Origin: Nannocystis sp.
GTDB lineage: Bacteria > Myxococcota_A > Polyangia > Nannocystales > Nannocystaceae
Reading direction: 5' to 3' (one strand)
NCBI RefSeq assembly: GCF_016717175.1
Contig: NZ_JADKFZ010000004.1
Length of the DNA stretch: 64,000 nucleotides
A program made the position numbers and the translations under genes. A model generated the notes under the pieces. That model had not been told where the DNA came from. It ran no database searches and was given only the letters and a program-made list of their open reading frames with translations. How positions within the stretch are numbered: the first letter of the stretch is position 1; the number at the start of each line of letters is the position of its first letter. Of the stretch, positions 35,446 through 44,336 are shown piece by piece.

Positions 35446-36668
35446 GCGCCGACGCGCTGGCCCTGCCGCGCGGCGCGAGGGACCTGCTGCCGCCCGCGGC
35501 CCGTCGGCGCCGGCGCCTGACCGCGTCGCTGCTCGCGGTGCTCGACCGCTGGGGCTACGACCCCGTGGTCACGCCCGCGATCGAGTACTTCGAGGTGTTC
35601 GGGCGCTGGCTCGCCGAGCGCGACCGGCAGCGCTGCGTCCGCTTCATCGAGGCCGGCACCGGCGAGCTCGTCACCCTGCGCTCCGACATCACGCCGCAGA
35701 TCGCCCGGCTCAGCGCGCTGCGCCTCGGCGATCGCCTCGCGGCCGGCGAGGCGATGCGCCTGGCCTACAGCGCCGAGGTCGTGCGCCTCGGCGAGCCCAG
35801 CCGCGGCCAGCTCGAGCACAGCCAGGTCGGCGCCGAATTGCTCGGCGACGACAGCCCCGCGGCCGACGCCGAGCTCGTGCTGCTGTGCGCCGAGGCGCTG
35901 CGCGCCGCCGGTCTGCCGCGGCCCCAGCTCGAGCTCGCAGACGTGAGCATCGCCCGCGCTGTGTTCGAGCGGCTCCCACCCGGCTGCGACACCGAGGCGC
36001 TGCACGGCCTGCTCACGCGCAAGGACGCCGACGGGGTCGCCCGCTTCGCCGCCGAGCTGCCGCTGCGCCCCGAGGCCCGCCGCGCGCTCGGCCTCCTGTG
36101 CGAGCTGTTCGGCGGCCCGGAGATCCTCGGACATGTCCCTTCGGACATCCGAGCCGCGTTCCCGTGGCTCGACCAGGCGCTGGCTCGGCTCGAGTCGGTG
36201 ATCGATCGCTGTCGCCGCGACGACCCCGAGCTCGCCGCCCGCCTGGTCGTCGATCTCGGCGAGGTCCGTGGCCACGACTACTACACCGGCCTGCGCCTGC
36301 GCGCGTGGGCCCCCGGGGTCGCCACGCCGTTGGTGTGCGGCGGACGCTACGCTGGTGGGGCCGGCTTCGCGGTCGAGCTCGAGGCCCTCGAGGCCGCGCT
36401 CGAGCACGCCGGCGCGCCACCCGAGCCGCGCTGTGGTGGCACCGTGATCGTCGCCGAGCTCGAGGCCTCGCGCGACGCGGCCAACGCCCGCGCTCGCAGC
36501 CTGCGTGGCAGCGGCCGCGCGTGGGTGCAGGTCGGCCTCTCGCTGAGCGCGGCCCGGATCGCCGCCGGCGAGGCCGAGCGTATGATCCATCTCGACGCGA
36601 GCGGCCGGGTCACGACCTGGCTGCGAGGACAGGCCGACACCTGGACGGCCGGGGAGAGCGAAGCATGA
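35442..36668 (+). CDS. hisZ: ATP phosphoribosyltransferase regulatory subunit HisZ-like (class-II aaRS-like fold)
   Basis: LPRGARDLLP...WGYDPVVTPAIEYFEVF N-terminus and HisRS-like core without anticodon-binding domain; ATGA overlap with upstream gene. Confidence 0.75.
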   Translation: MSADALALPRGARDLLPPAARRRRRLTASLLAVLDRWGYDPVVTPAIEYFEVFGRWLAERDRQRCVRFIEAGTGELVTLRSDITPQIARLSALRLGDRLAAGEAMRLAYSAEVVRLGEPSRGQLEHSQVGAELLGDDSPAADAELVLLCAEALRAAGLPRPQLELADVSIARAVFERLPPGCDTEALHGLLTRKDADGVARFAAELPLRPEARRALGLLCELFGGPEILGHVPSDIRAAFPWLDQALARLESVIDRCRRDDPELAARLVVDLGEVRGHDYYTGLRLRAWAPGVATPLVCGGRYAGGAGFAVELEALEAALEHAGAPPEPRCGGTVIVAELEASRDAANARARSLRGSGRAWVQVGLSLSAARIAAGEAERMIHLDASGRVTTWLRGQADTWTAGESEA

Positions 36669-37954
36669 CGACGCTGATCGTGGTGGGCGCCCAGTGGGGC
36701 GACGAAGGCAAGGGCAAGGTGGTCGACGTCCTCGCCAGTCAGGCGCAGGTGGTCGCGCGCTACGCCGGGGGCAACAACGCCGGTCACACGCTGGTTCTCG
36801 GCGCCCGCAAGATCGTCACCCATCTCGTGCCCTCGGGCTGCGCCTACCCGGGCACCGCCTGCGTGCTCGGGGCCGGCATGGTCATCGACATGGATGTGTT
36901 TCAGTCCGAGGTCGCCGAGTTACAGCGCGCTGGCATGTTGCTCGGCGACGAGCTCCGCGTCTCGCTCGACGCCCACGTGATCCTCCCGTTCCACCGCCAG
37001 CTCGACGGCCTGCGCGAGGACCAGGCCAGCGGCGGCGCCGGCCGCATCGGCACCACGCGCCGCGGCATCGGTCCGGCCTACGAGGCCAAGGCGGCGCGCC
37101 GCGGCGTTCGCGTGCGCGACCTCCTCGATCCCTCGCGCCTGCGCGTGCGTCTCGAGCAGAACAAGCAGCACGTCGACTTCGAGCTGCAGCGCCACGGCGT
37201 CGCCGCGATCGACGTCGACGCCATCGTCCGCGCCGCCGAAGGCTGGGCCGCGTGGCTCCGCGGCAAAGTCTGCGACGTCGGTGCGCTCGTCGAGGCGGCC
37301 GTGCGCGCCGGTCAACGCGTGCTCTGCGAGGGCGCCCAGGGGGCCCTGCTGGACCTCGACCACGGCACCTATCCCTACGTGACCTCGTCGACCACCCTCG
37401 CCGGGGGCGCCTGCGCCGGACTCGGCATCGGCCCGACCCGCGTCGACGCCGTCTGGGGCATCACGAAGGCCTACACCACGCGCGTCGGCGCCGGCCCGTT
37501 CCCCACCTGCGAGCGCGGCCCGCTCGGCGAGCTGCTGCGCAGCGCCGGTGATGAGTACGGGGCCACCACCGGCCGCCCACGCGACTGCGGCTGGCTCGAC
37601 CTCCCGGCCCTGCGCCACGCGGCCCGCCTCAACGGCCTCACCGGCCTGTGCGTCACCAAGCTCGACGTCCTCGCCGCGCTGCCGAGCGTGCAGGTGTGTC
37701 GCCGCTACGCCGACGGGGCCGAGCCGGGCGAGGTCTTGCTCGAGGACGTGGTCGCCGAGTACGAGCCGGTCCCGGGTTGGGGCGACCCGCAGCTGCGCGA
37801 ACGGATCGCGGTCGCGCGGCGCCTGGAAGATCTCCCGTCGCCAGCCCGCGCCTACCTCGACGCGATCGAGGCCACCGTCGGCGTCCCGATCACCCTCGTC
37901 TCCGTCGGCCCCGATCGGGCCCAGACCATTCTTACCCGGGCCGCGTTCGGGTGA
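36665..37954 (+). CDS. purA: adenylosuccinate synthetase
   Basis: GAQWGDEGKGK P-loop, GNNAGHT, TKLDVL motifs; ATGA overlap with hisZ stop. Confidence 0.95.
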   Translation: MTTLIVVGAQWGDEGKGKVVDVLASQAQVVARYAGGNNAGHTLVLGARKIVTHLVPSGCAYPGTACVLGAGMVIDMDVFQSEVAELQRAGMLLGDELRVSLDAHVILPFHRQLDGLREDQASGGAGRIGTTRRGIGPAYEAKAARRGVRVRDLLDPSRLRVRLEQNKQHVDFELQRHGVAAIDVDAIVRAAEGWAAWLRGKVCDVGALVEAAVRAGQRVLCEGAQGALLDLDHGTYPYVTSSTTLAGGACAGLGIGPTRVDAVWGITKAYTTRVGAGPFPTCERGPLGELLRSAGDEYGATTGRPRDCGWLDLPALRHAARLNGLTGLCVTKLDVLAALPSVQVCRRYADGAEPGEVLLEDVVAEYEPVPGWGDPQLRERIAVARRLEDLPSPARAYLDAIEATVGVPITLVSVGPDRAQTILTRAAFG

Positions 37955-38130
37955 CCCACCCCCGTCCAGCGCCCGTGGCCTGCCCACGGAACGCTGGGGC
38001 AAACCCGCGCATCATGCGGGTGAACCATCGCGGCGCCGACGATCTGTGCAGGTACGGGACGCGTCCGGCTGCCATCGGGGACGCCCCCAGCGCCCGCGAA
38101 AACGAAGAAGATCGGCAACCGTGTCCGTTG

Positions 38131-38159
38131 TTGTACCTACCTACCCGATTTCCTATACT
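38131..38159 (+). promoter_or_regulatory. candidate sigma-70-type promoter TTGTAC-N17-TATACT
   Basis: good -35/-10 hexamers with 17-nt spacing about 75 nt upstream of the ZnR-GYF gene, in a locally AT-richer stretch. Confidence 0.35.
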
Positions 38160-38233
38160 GGCGACCCCGCGGACACAGTCGGTTCTGCAGGGCGCCGTCG
38201 CGCTCTGGCGAGCGACTCCCAGGAATCACGCTC

Positions 38234-39991
38234 ATGAAGATCGAATGCGATAAGTGCGGAGCCAAATACTCGATTGCGGACGACAAGGTCCGTGGCAAGA
38301 CCTTCAAGATCCGCTGCAAGAAGTGCAGCAACGTGATCATCGTCCGCGACAAGGCGGGGGGTGGCGACGCAGCCGAGAGCGAGGCGCCGTCGGATGAGCC
38401 CGGCTGGCACCTTGCGATCGGTGGCGAGACGGTCGGTCCGCTGACGGAGCAGGAAGTCCGTGAGAAGCACGCTGCCGGCGAGATCGATCGCGAGACCTCG
38501 GTCTGGCAGGAAGGCTTCGAGGACTGGCTCCCGCTCGGTGATGTCGCTGCCTTCAGCGACCTGGCCGATCGCGGGGCGTCCAGTGCAGCGCCGGCCGCGG
38601 CCCCCGATCCCTTCGCGGGTGGCGGGGACGACGACTACAGCAGCAGCCACCGCGACAACAACCGCGGTGGCGCCAGCCCCAGCGCCTTCGCCGGCAGCCC
38701 CGAGCCCGCCCGCGCCGCGCCGGCGGCGGCCAGCGTCGCCGCGGCAGCCAGCGTCTCGCCAGCGGCCAGCTCCGCGAGCAAGGGCGACTCGCCGCGTGTC
38801 AGCCAGCTGACCTCGGCCCGCAACGAGAACTCGGTCCTCTTCTCGCTCGACAGCCTGTCGTCGATGGCGATGGGCAGCAAGGGTTCGGCGGGCGGCGGCG
38901 CGGCCCCCAGTTCGTTCGGTGGCGGCGGTGGTGGCGGTGGTGGTGGCGGTGGCGGTGGCGGTGGCGGTGGTAGCCACTCGCCCTCGGCCAGCGGCAACAG
39001 TGAGGGCTCGGGTCTCATCGACATCCGCTCGATGGGCGCGATGCTCGGTGGTGGCGGTGGTGGCGGTGGTGGTGGCGGTGGCGACGACGATCGCGACGAC
39101 TCGATGTTGCCGAGCTTCGGCGGCACCGGCTTCGGCGGCCTCGCAGCGGCCCCGCTGCTCACCGCGGCGCCGCCAGTCGCTGCCGACGCGACCAGCGCTC
39201 CGGAGCCGCAGCGCCAGAACCAGACTCCGCTCTACATCCTGATCGGCATCCTTGTGCTCGGCCTCGGCGGTCTGGCGGCTTATGTCGTCACACGCCCGCC
39301 GCCGCAGCCGCAGGAGAAGATCGTCGAACGCATCGTCGCTCCGCCGGTCCAGCCCGACAAGAAGGACGACGACGACGACGACAAGGCCAAGAAGAAGAAG
39401 GACGAGGAGGCCGACGAGGCCGAGGCCGACGCCGCTGGCGAGCCAGCGGGCGACGAGAAGGGCACGACGACCGCGAAGCCCGGCGACAAGAAGGGCACGA
39501 GCAAGCCCGGCGACAAGAAGGGCACGAGCAAGCCCGGCGACAAGAAGGGCGATGGGGACAAGCCGGCGGCCACCGGTGACACGCCGCCCGTCAAGGCCGA
39601 GCCCAAGCCGAAGGAAGACGAGACTCCGTCGGTCGAGTGCATCCTCGATCCCTCGAAGTGCAAGAAGGGTGGCGGCGGTGGCGGCGAGAAGACCAAGCCC
39701 CCGCCGGACGCCAACATGCCGGAGAAGCTCGAGCTCGCCGACATCAAGGCCGGCGTCGCCGGTCCCAAGGGCTCGGCCGAGAGCAACTGCAAGAAGCACG
39801 CGAAGGGCGGCGAGAAGGTGAAGATCAAGCTCTCGATCTCGGGTCCTGCGGGCACGGTCATCAGCGCCGCGGCCGAGGACGACGCGGGCAACGCGGCGCT
39901 CGGCAGCTGCGTCGCCGCCGAGCTCAAGAAGGCCACCTTCAAGAAGGTCCAGAAGGAGCAGATCGGCACCGTGGTGTCGGTCTCGTTCTGA
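38234..39991 (+). CDS. zinc-ribbon (MJ0042-type) + GYF/DUF4339 domain membrane protein with poly-Gly tracts; AgmX/GltJ-like architecture
   Basis: CDKCGAKY...IRCKKCSNV zinc ribbon; GWHLAIGGETVGPLTEQEV...VWQEGFEDWLPL GYF-like domain; G15-17 runs; single TM; Lys/Asp-rich periplasmic part. Confidence 0.75.
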   Translation: MKIECDKCGAKYSIADDKVRGKTFKIRCKKCSNVIIVRDKAGGGDAAESEAPSDEPGWHLAIGGETVGPLTEQEVREKHAAGEIDRETSVWQEGFEDWLPLGDVAAFSDLADRGASSAAPAAAPDPFAGGGDDDYSSSHRDNNRGGASPSAFAGSPEPARAAPAAASVAAAASVSPAASSASKGDSPRVSQLTSARNENSVLFSLDSLSSMAMGSKGSAGGGAAPSSFGGGGGGGGGGGGGGGGGGSHSPSASGNSEGSGLIDIRSMGAMLGGGGGGGGGGGGDDDRDDSMLPSFGGTGFGGLAAAPLLTAAPPVAADATSAPEPQRQNQTPLYILIGILVLGLGGLAAYVVTRPPPQPQEKIVERIVAPPVQPDKKDDDDDDKAKKKKDEEADEAEADAAGEPAGDEKGTTTAKPGDKKGTSKPGDKKGTSKPGDKKGDGDKPAATGDTPPVKAEPKPKEDETPSVECILDPSKCKKGGGGGGEKTKPPPDANMPEKLELADIKAGVAGPKGSAESNCKKHAKGGEKVKIKLSISGPAGTVISAAAEDDAGNAALGSCVAAELKKATFKKVQKEQIGTVVSVSF

Positions 39992-40255
39992 GCAACACCA
40001 CAACTATCGCTGTGGTGTTCGGAGCCGCCCGTGAGGCGGCTCCGGCCGTTAAGCGCCCACCGCCGACCCCCCGTCGCTGGGTCGCCGGACCTGCCGGGCC
40101 CCGCGGGAGCTGATCGCCCGGGCATTTCGGGGCTAGGCAGCGCCTACATTTTCCGGCAGGGTGGTCTGTGCAGGATCTGTCAGCGATTTCCTGCAAGCCT
40201 TCATCGGCCGCGACGCGTTGACCGCAGTTCGCCAAGCCCAGGAGTAATCGTCGCC

Positions 40256-41044
40256 ATGTCCAACACCGAGAACTCAGCCCTCATCGCCCTCAGCGAGCTC
40301 AAGAACCTCGAGGCCAACCGCGTGGCCGACATCGAGAGCCAGCGCAAGGCCAAGGAGGAGTCCGAGCGGCGCGCCCGCGAGGAGGCCGAACGTCGCGCCC
40401 GCGAGGAGGCGGAGCGCATCGCCAAGGCTGAAGCCGATCGCCTCGCCAAGCTCGCGGCGGAGAAGGAGGCCCGCGACCGGGAGGAGCGCCTGCGCCTCCA
40501 GGAGGCCGACCTCCGCGCCCGCGCCGAGCAGGAGGCCCGCCTGAAGGAAGAGCAGATGCGCCTCGACGCGCAGGTCAAGCTCGCCGAGAAGAAGGCCAAG
40601 CCCGTGTGGCTGTACGCCGTCCTCGGTGTCCTCGTCATCGGCCTCGGCGTCGGCGTGTGGCAGTTCATCGACTACACCAACAAGCAGGAGGAGCAGGACC
40701 GCCTGGAGAAGGTGGCGCAGGCCAAGAAGGACGCCGAGCAGAAGGCGGCGATGGAGGCCCTGATGGCCGAGCTCAAGGGCCTGAAGGACGAGCAGAACCG
40801 CCTCGAGACCGAGAAACAGGCCCTCGACGCCAAGCTCAACAACGTCACCGATGCGGCCGAGAAGCAGCGCCTGCTGGCCGAGAAGGCCGCCCTCGACGCC
40901 CAGATCGCCGAGAACGCCAACAAGCAGACCAAGAAGCGCGGCCAGACCGGCAAACCCTCCGGCGACGGCGACACCAAGCCCGAGAAGTCCAAGGGCGGAG
41001 TCGTGGTCAAGAAGAACGTCGACGATCCGCTCGACGGCCTGTGA
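40256..41044 (+). CDS. coiled-coil membrane protein (charged ER/EA repeats, one TM)
   Basis: ATG with GGAG RBS; RAREEAERRAREEAER repeats, TM VWLYAVLGVLVIGLGVGVW, second coiled coil. Confidence 0.6.
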   Translation: MSNTENSALIALSELKNLEANRVADIESQRKAKEESERRAREEAERRAREEAERIAKAEADRLAKLAAEKEARDREERLRLQEADLRARAEQEARLKEEQMRLDAQVKLAEKKAKPVWLYAVLGVLVIGLGVGVWQFIDYTNKQEEQDRLEKVAQAKKDAEQKAAMEALMAELKGLKDEQNRLETEKQALDAKLNNVTDAAEKQRLLAEKAALDAQIAENANKQTKKRGQTGKPSGDGDTKPEKSKGGVVVKKNVDDPLDGL

Positions 41045-41045
41045 T

Positions 41046-41100
41046 CGATCGCCAGCCGATCGCCAGCCGATCGCCAGCCGATCACCAGCCGATCACCGAG
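41046..41100. repeat. tandem repeat, 11-bp unit CGATCGCCAGC x5
   Basis: starts 2 nt after the stop of the coiled-coil gene. Confidence 0.9.
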
Positions 41101-41181
41101 TCAGCTCGAAGCGCGCCGGACAGGGAGCGATGCCCCTTGCCCGGCGCTTCGATCTTTGTTAGTAAGGCTCCCCCCGCTTCC

Positions 41182-41253
41182 GGCCTGGTAGCCAAGTGGT
41201 AAGGCAGAGCTCTGCAAAAGCTCTATACGCCGGTTCAATTCCGGCCCAGGCCT
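41182..41253 (+). tRNA. tRNA-Cys (GCA)
   Basis: manual cloverleaf: acceptor GGCCTGG/CCAGGCC, D arm GCC-AAGTGGTAA-GGC, anticodon stem GAGCT/AGCTC with loop CTGCAAA, T arm GCCGG-TTCAATT-CCGGC, U73 discriminator; CCA not encoded; GC hairpin plus T-run follows. Confidence 0.85.
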
Positions 41254-41490
41254 CTTGTACACACGCAGCCCCCGCCGGTACTCACCGCGGGGGCTTCGTG
41301 CTTTGGGTCTCGCAGAAGTCTGCGGCGGGCGCCGCTGGCCCGGCCTGAACGATGTTCTTCGACCCGGCGGGTGGCTGCCACGCCAGCACACCGGGCAATC
41401 AGAGAGAGACATCGGCGACGTGGACCGTTACCATCGTCGGAGCCTCGAGGGCCGTGCCCCGTGCACGAGTCGTCGCGGGCGCGACGACTC

Positions 41491-43428
41491 ATGAACACAC
41501 GTCGACAAGGTGCACGTGCACCGGCCACGAGCGAGGGGTCCTCCGCCGTCGACCCATTGATCGGCGCGACCGTGGGGGGTCGCTACACGATCCGCCGCCT
41601 GCTCGCGCGTGGCGGGGTTGGCCTCGTCTACCTCGCGCAGCAGCGTGACCCAGACCGCGAGGTCGTCGTCAAGGTCCTCGCGCCCAACTGGATCGACAAC
41701 ACCGAGGCCGTCGCCCGCTTCGAACGCGAGGGCCAGCGCCTCGGCGCGGTGCAGCACGCCAACATCGTCAGCCTCTACGAGTGCGGCCACGAGAACGGCG
41801 TGGCCTTCCTGGCGATGGAGTACCTGCTCGGCGAGCTGCTCGGCGACTACGTCGCCCGCAAGGGCGGCCGCCTCAGCGTCGAGGAGTTCGTCCCGATCGC
41901 CGCGCAGATCCTGAAGGGCCTCGGCTACGCCCACTCGCGCGGCCTGATGCACCGCGACATCAAGCCCAGCAACATCATGCTGTGCGTCCGCAAGGGCCGG
42001 GCCAACGTCGTCAAGATCCTCGACTTCGGCATGGCCAAGCTGATCGCCGGGGAGCAGGACATCACCAGCGAGCAGATCGTCGGCACCGCCAACTTCCTCT
42101 CGCCGGAGCAGATCAAGGGCGAGGCGGTCGACGCCCGCGTCGACGTGTACGCGCTCGGCGTCCTGTTCTATGGCCTGCTCGGCGGGCGCATGCCCTTCGA
42201 CGCCGACAACAACGCCGCGATCCTATACCGCCACGTCAACGACCCCCCGCGCCCGCTCGCAGAGGTCCTGCCGCCCGGGCACGATGTCCCCGCCGGCCTC
42301 ATCGACCTCATCATGCAGTGCCTGGCGAAGGACCCCGACGAGCGGCCCGCCGACGCCGATGCGATGGTCGAGGCGCTGATCGACTGCGTGCAGGCGTCGA
42401 TGTTCCACCTGCCGCTGGCCGACAGCGCGACTGGTGCGGTGATCTCGTCGAGCTCGCTGACCGGCGTCCCCAACCCCGACGCGCTGCAGAGCGAGGTCTC
42501 GAACGCGAACCTCTCGCGCGCCGCCTCGCAGGGCAGCTCCGTTGCCACATCACTTGCCACTGGGCAGCCCGCGACCCAGCGAGGGCTACGACCGACCACC
42601 CACCGCGGCCTGCGTCCGCCCACGAACAATCGCCTGCGCCCGCCGAGCGTGCCCGCCCGCGCCGCCAGTGCCCACGTCGCGGGCCCCGATCCGGTCAGCA
42701 CGATCATCACCCTCGAGGCCGCCAGCGTGGCGAGCCCGCGCGGCAACTGGGGCCTGGTGATCGGCGCCACCGCGGCGCTGCTGGCCGGCGGCCTGCTCGC
42801 GGCGGTGTACGTGCTCGGCGGTCCCGGGGAGCAGCCGCCGGCGCCCACCGTCGCAGGGATCGCCGCAGCCGCGAGCGCGAGCGACCGGGCTCGCGCGAGC
42901 GAGGTGCTCGACCAGGTCGACGCTGACATCCTCTCCGGCGAGTTCGACACGGCGCGCGGCAAGCTCGACGCTGCCTCCCGTGAGCTCGACGCCAACCCCG
43001 AGCTCAAGGCCCGCGCCGCCCGCCAGCGCGACCGGATCGCCGTGGCCACCACTTTCGCGGCCGCCCAGCGGCTCGAGAAGGAGGGCAAGAACGCCGCAGC
43101 TCTCGGCGCTTACCAGGACATCCTGGCGATTGACCCTGGCCACGTCGACGCCCGCGCCGCGGTGGCCCGCCTGCGCGAGACGCCCGCGTCGAAGCCGGGG
43201 ACCACGCCGGTGAGCACGAGCCCCGCGAGCAAGCCGACCGGCAAGCGTGGGCCCGGGAAGCCCGGGAAGCCCGGCGAGCCCGCGTCGGTCGAGACAGGCG
43301 TCGAGCCCGAGCTGCCGCCGGAGCCCGAGAAGCCGGCCGAGGAGGAGGATCCCTTCCTGCCCGTCGCCAAGAAGGACGACGGCGGGGTCTTTCTCCCAGT
43401 CGGCCAGCCCGCTGGAGGGACCAAATAA
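41491..43428 (+). CDS. Ser/Thr protein kinase with TM helix and C-terminal TPR-like region
   Basis: GxGxxG, VVKVL, HRDIKPSNIML, DFG, SPEQ motifs; paralog of 46234 kinase. Confidence 0.9.
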   Translation: MNTRRQGARAPATSEGSSAVDPLIGATVGGRYTIRRLLARGGVGLVYLAQQRDPDREVVVKVLAPNWIDNTEAVARFEREGQRLGAVQHANIVSLYECGHENGVAFLAMEYLLGELLGDYVARKGGRLSVEEFVPIAAQILKGLGYAHSRGLMHRDIKPSNIMLCVRKGRANVVKILDFGMAKLIAGEQDITSEQIVGTANFLSPEQIKGEAVDARVDVYALGVLFYGLLGGRMPFDADNNAAILYRHVNDPPRPLAEVLPPGHDVPAGLIDLIMQCLAKDPDERPADADAMVEALIDCVQASMFHLPLADSATGAVISSSSLTGVPNPDALQSEVSNANLSRAASQGSSVATSLATGQPATQRGLRPTTHRGLRPPTNNRLRPPSVPARAASAHVAGPDPVSTIITLEAASVASPRGNWGLVIGATAALLAGGLLAAVYVLGGPGEQPPAPTVAGIAAAASASDRARASEVLDQVDADILSGEFDTARGKLDAASRELDANPELKARAARQRDRIAVATTFAAAQRLEKEGKNAAALGAYQDILAIDPGHVDARAAVARLRETPASKPGTTPVSTSPASKPTGKRGPGKPGKPGEPASVETGVEPELPPEPEKPAEEEDPFLPVAKKDDGGVFLPVGQPAGGTK

Positions 43429-44304
43429 GTGACGCCTACCCATCATGTTCGCGCACGTCGGGCCGTCGCCCTGCTGACGCTCTCCGCCCTGTTCCTCACC
43501 ACCGGTCCTTCGGGACATGTCCTCGCGGCCAGCCCTGCGGGCGCCACCGGGTCGGGTTCCGTGACCGCGGCCACGCCGGCACCCGCCGCGACCGCGACCA
43601 CCACGACCACACCAGGCGCCGCCGAACTCAGCGCTCAGGCGATCGATCGCTTCAAGGCCAAGGACTACGACGCCGCCGTGCGTCTGTTCGAGCAGGCCTA
43701 CGCCCTCGATCCGAACCCCAACTACCTCTTCAACATCGGTCGCGTGTACGAGGAGAAGGGCGACATCCGCAGCGCCGTCGACTACTACCAGCGCTTCGTC
43801 AAGGAGCCGGGCGTCGAGATCGGCTCGCGCGAGCTCGCGGTCCAACGCCTGCGGGTGCTCAAGGCGATCCTCAATGAGACCGAGACGCCGGCAGGGAGCC
43901 AGTCCGCGCCGCAGCCGGCCGCCGCCACGCCGCCCCCGGGGGAGCCGGGCCGTCGCAGCACCGACGATCCCGATCCGAAGAAGACGATGCGGCTCGGCGG
44001 CTACGCGCTGATCGGCGTCGGTGGCATCTCGATGATCGTCGGCGGCATCTTCGGTGGGCTCACGCTGGCCAAGAAGGGCGAGCTCAACGACTCGCACGTG
44101 GTCGAGGACCGCAAGTCGCTCGCCCACCAGGGCGAGACCTTCGCCGTCATCTCGGACGTGACCCTGTTCACCGGCGCGGCGCTGCTCGTCACCGGCATCG
44201 CCCTCGCAGTGGTCGCCCGCAAGCCGCGCGCCGCGGCGCGCAGCGCCATCCTCCCCAGCGTCGGCCGCACGCACGCGGGCCTCAGCTGGAGCCTGCGCTT
44301 TTAG
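43429..44304 (+). CDS. secreted TPR-domain protein with C-terminal TM anchor
   Basis: GTG start abutting kinase stop; signal peptide; TPR-like region; C-terminal TM; signal region carries an in-frame palindromic element copy. Confidence 0.6.
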   Translation: MTPTHHVRARRAVALLTLSALFLTTGPSGHVLAASPAGATGSGSVTAATPAPAATATTTTTPGAAELSAQAIDRFKAKDYDAAVRLFEQAYALDPNPNYLFNIGRVYEEKGDIRSAVDYYQRFVKEPGVEIGSRELAVQRLRVLKAILNETETPAGSQSAPQPAAATPPPGEPGRRSTDDPDPKKTMRLGGYALIGVGGISMIVGGIFGGLTLAKKGELNDSHVVEDRKSLAHQGETFAVISDVTLFTGAALLVTGIALAVVARKPRAAARSAILPSVGRTHAGLSWSLRF

Positions 44305-44336
44305 TCGAACCAGCTTAAGTCTTTCAGGAGCCCGTC

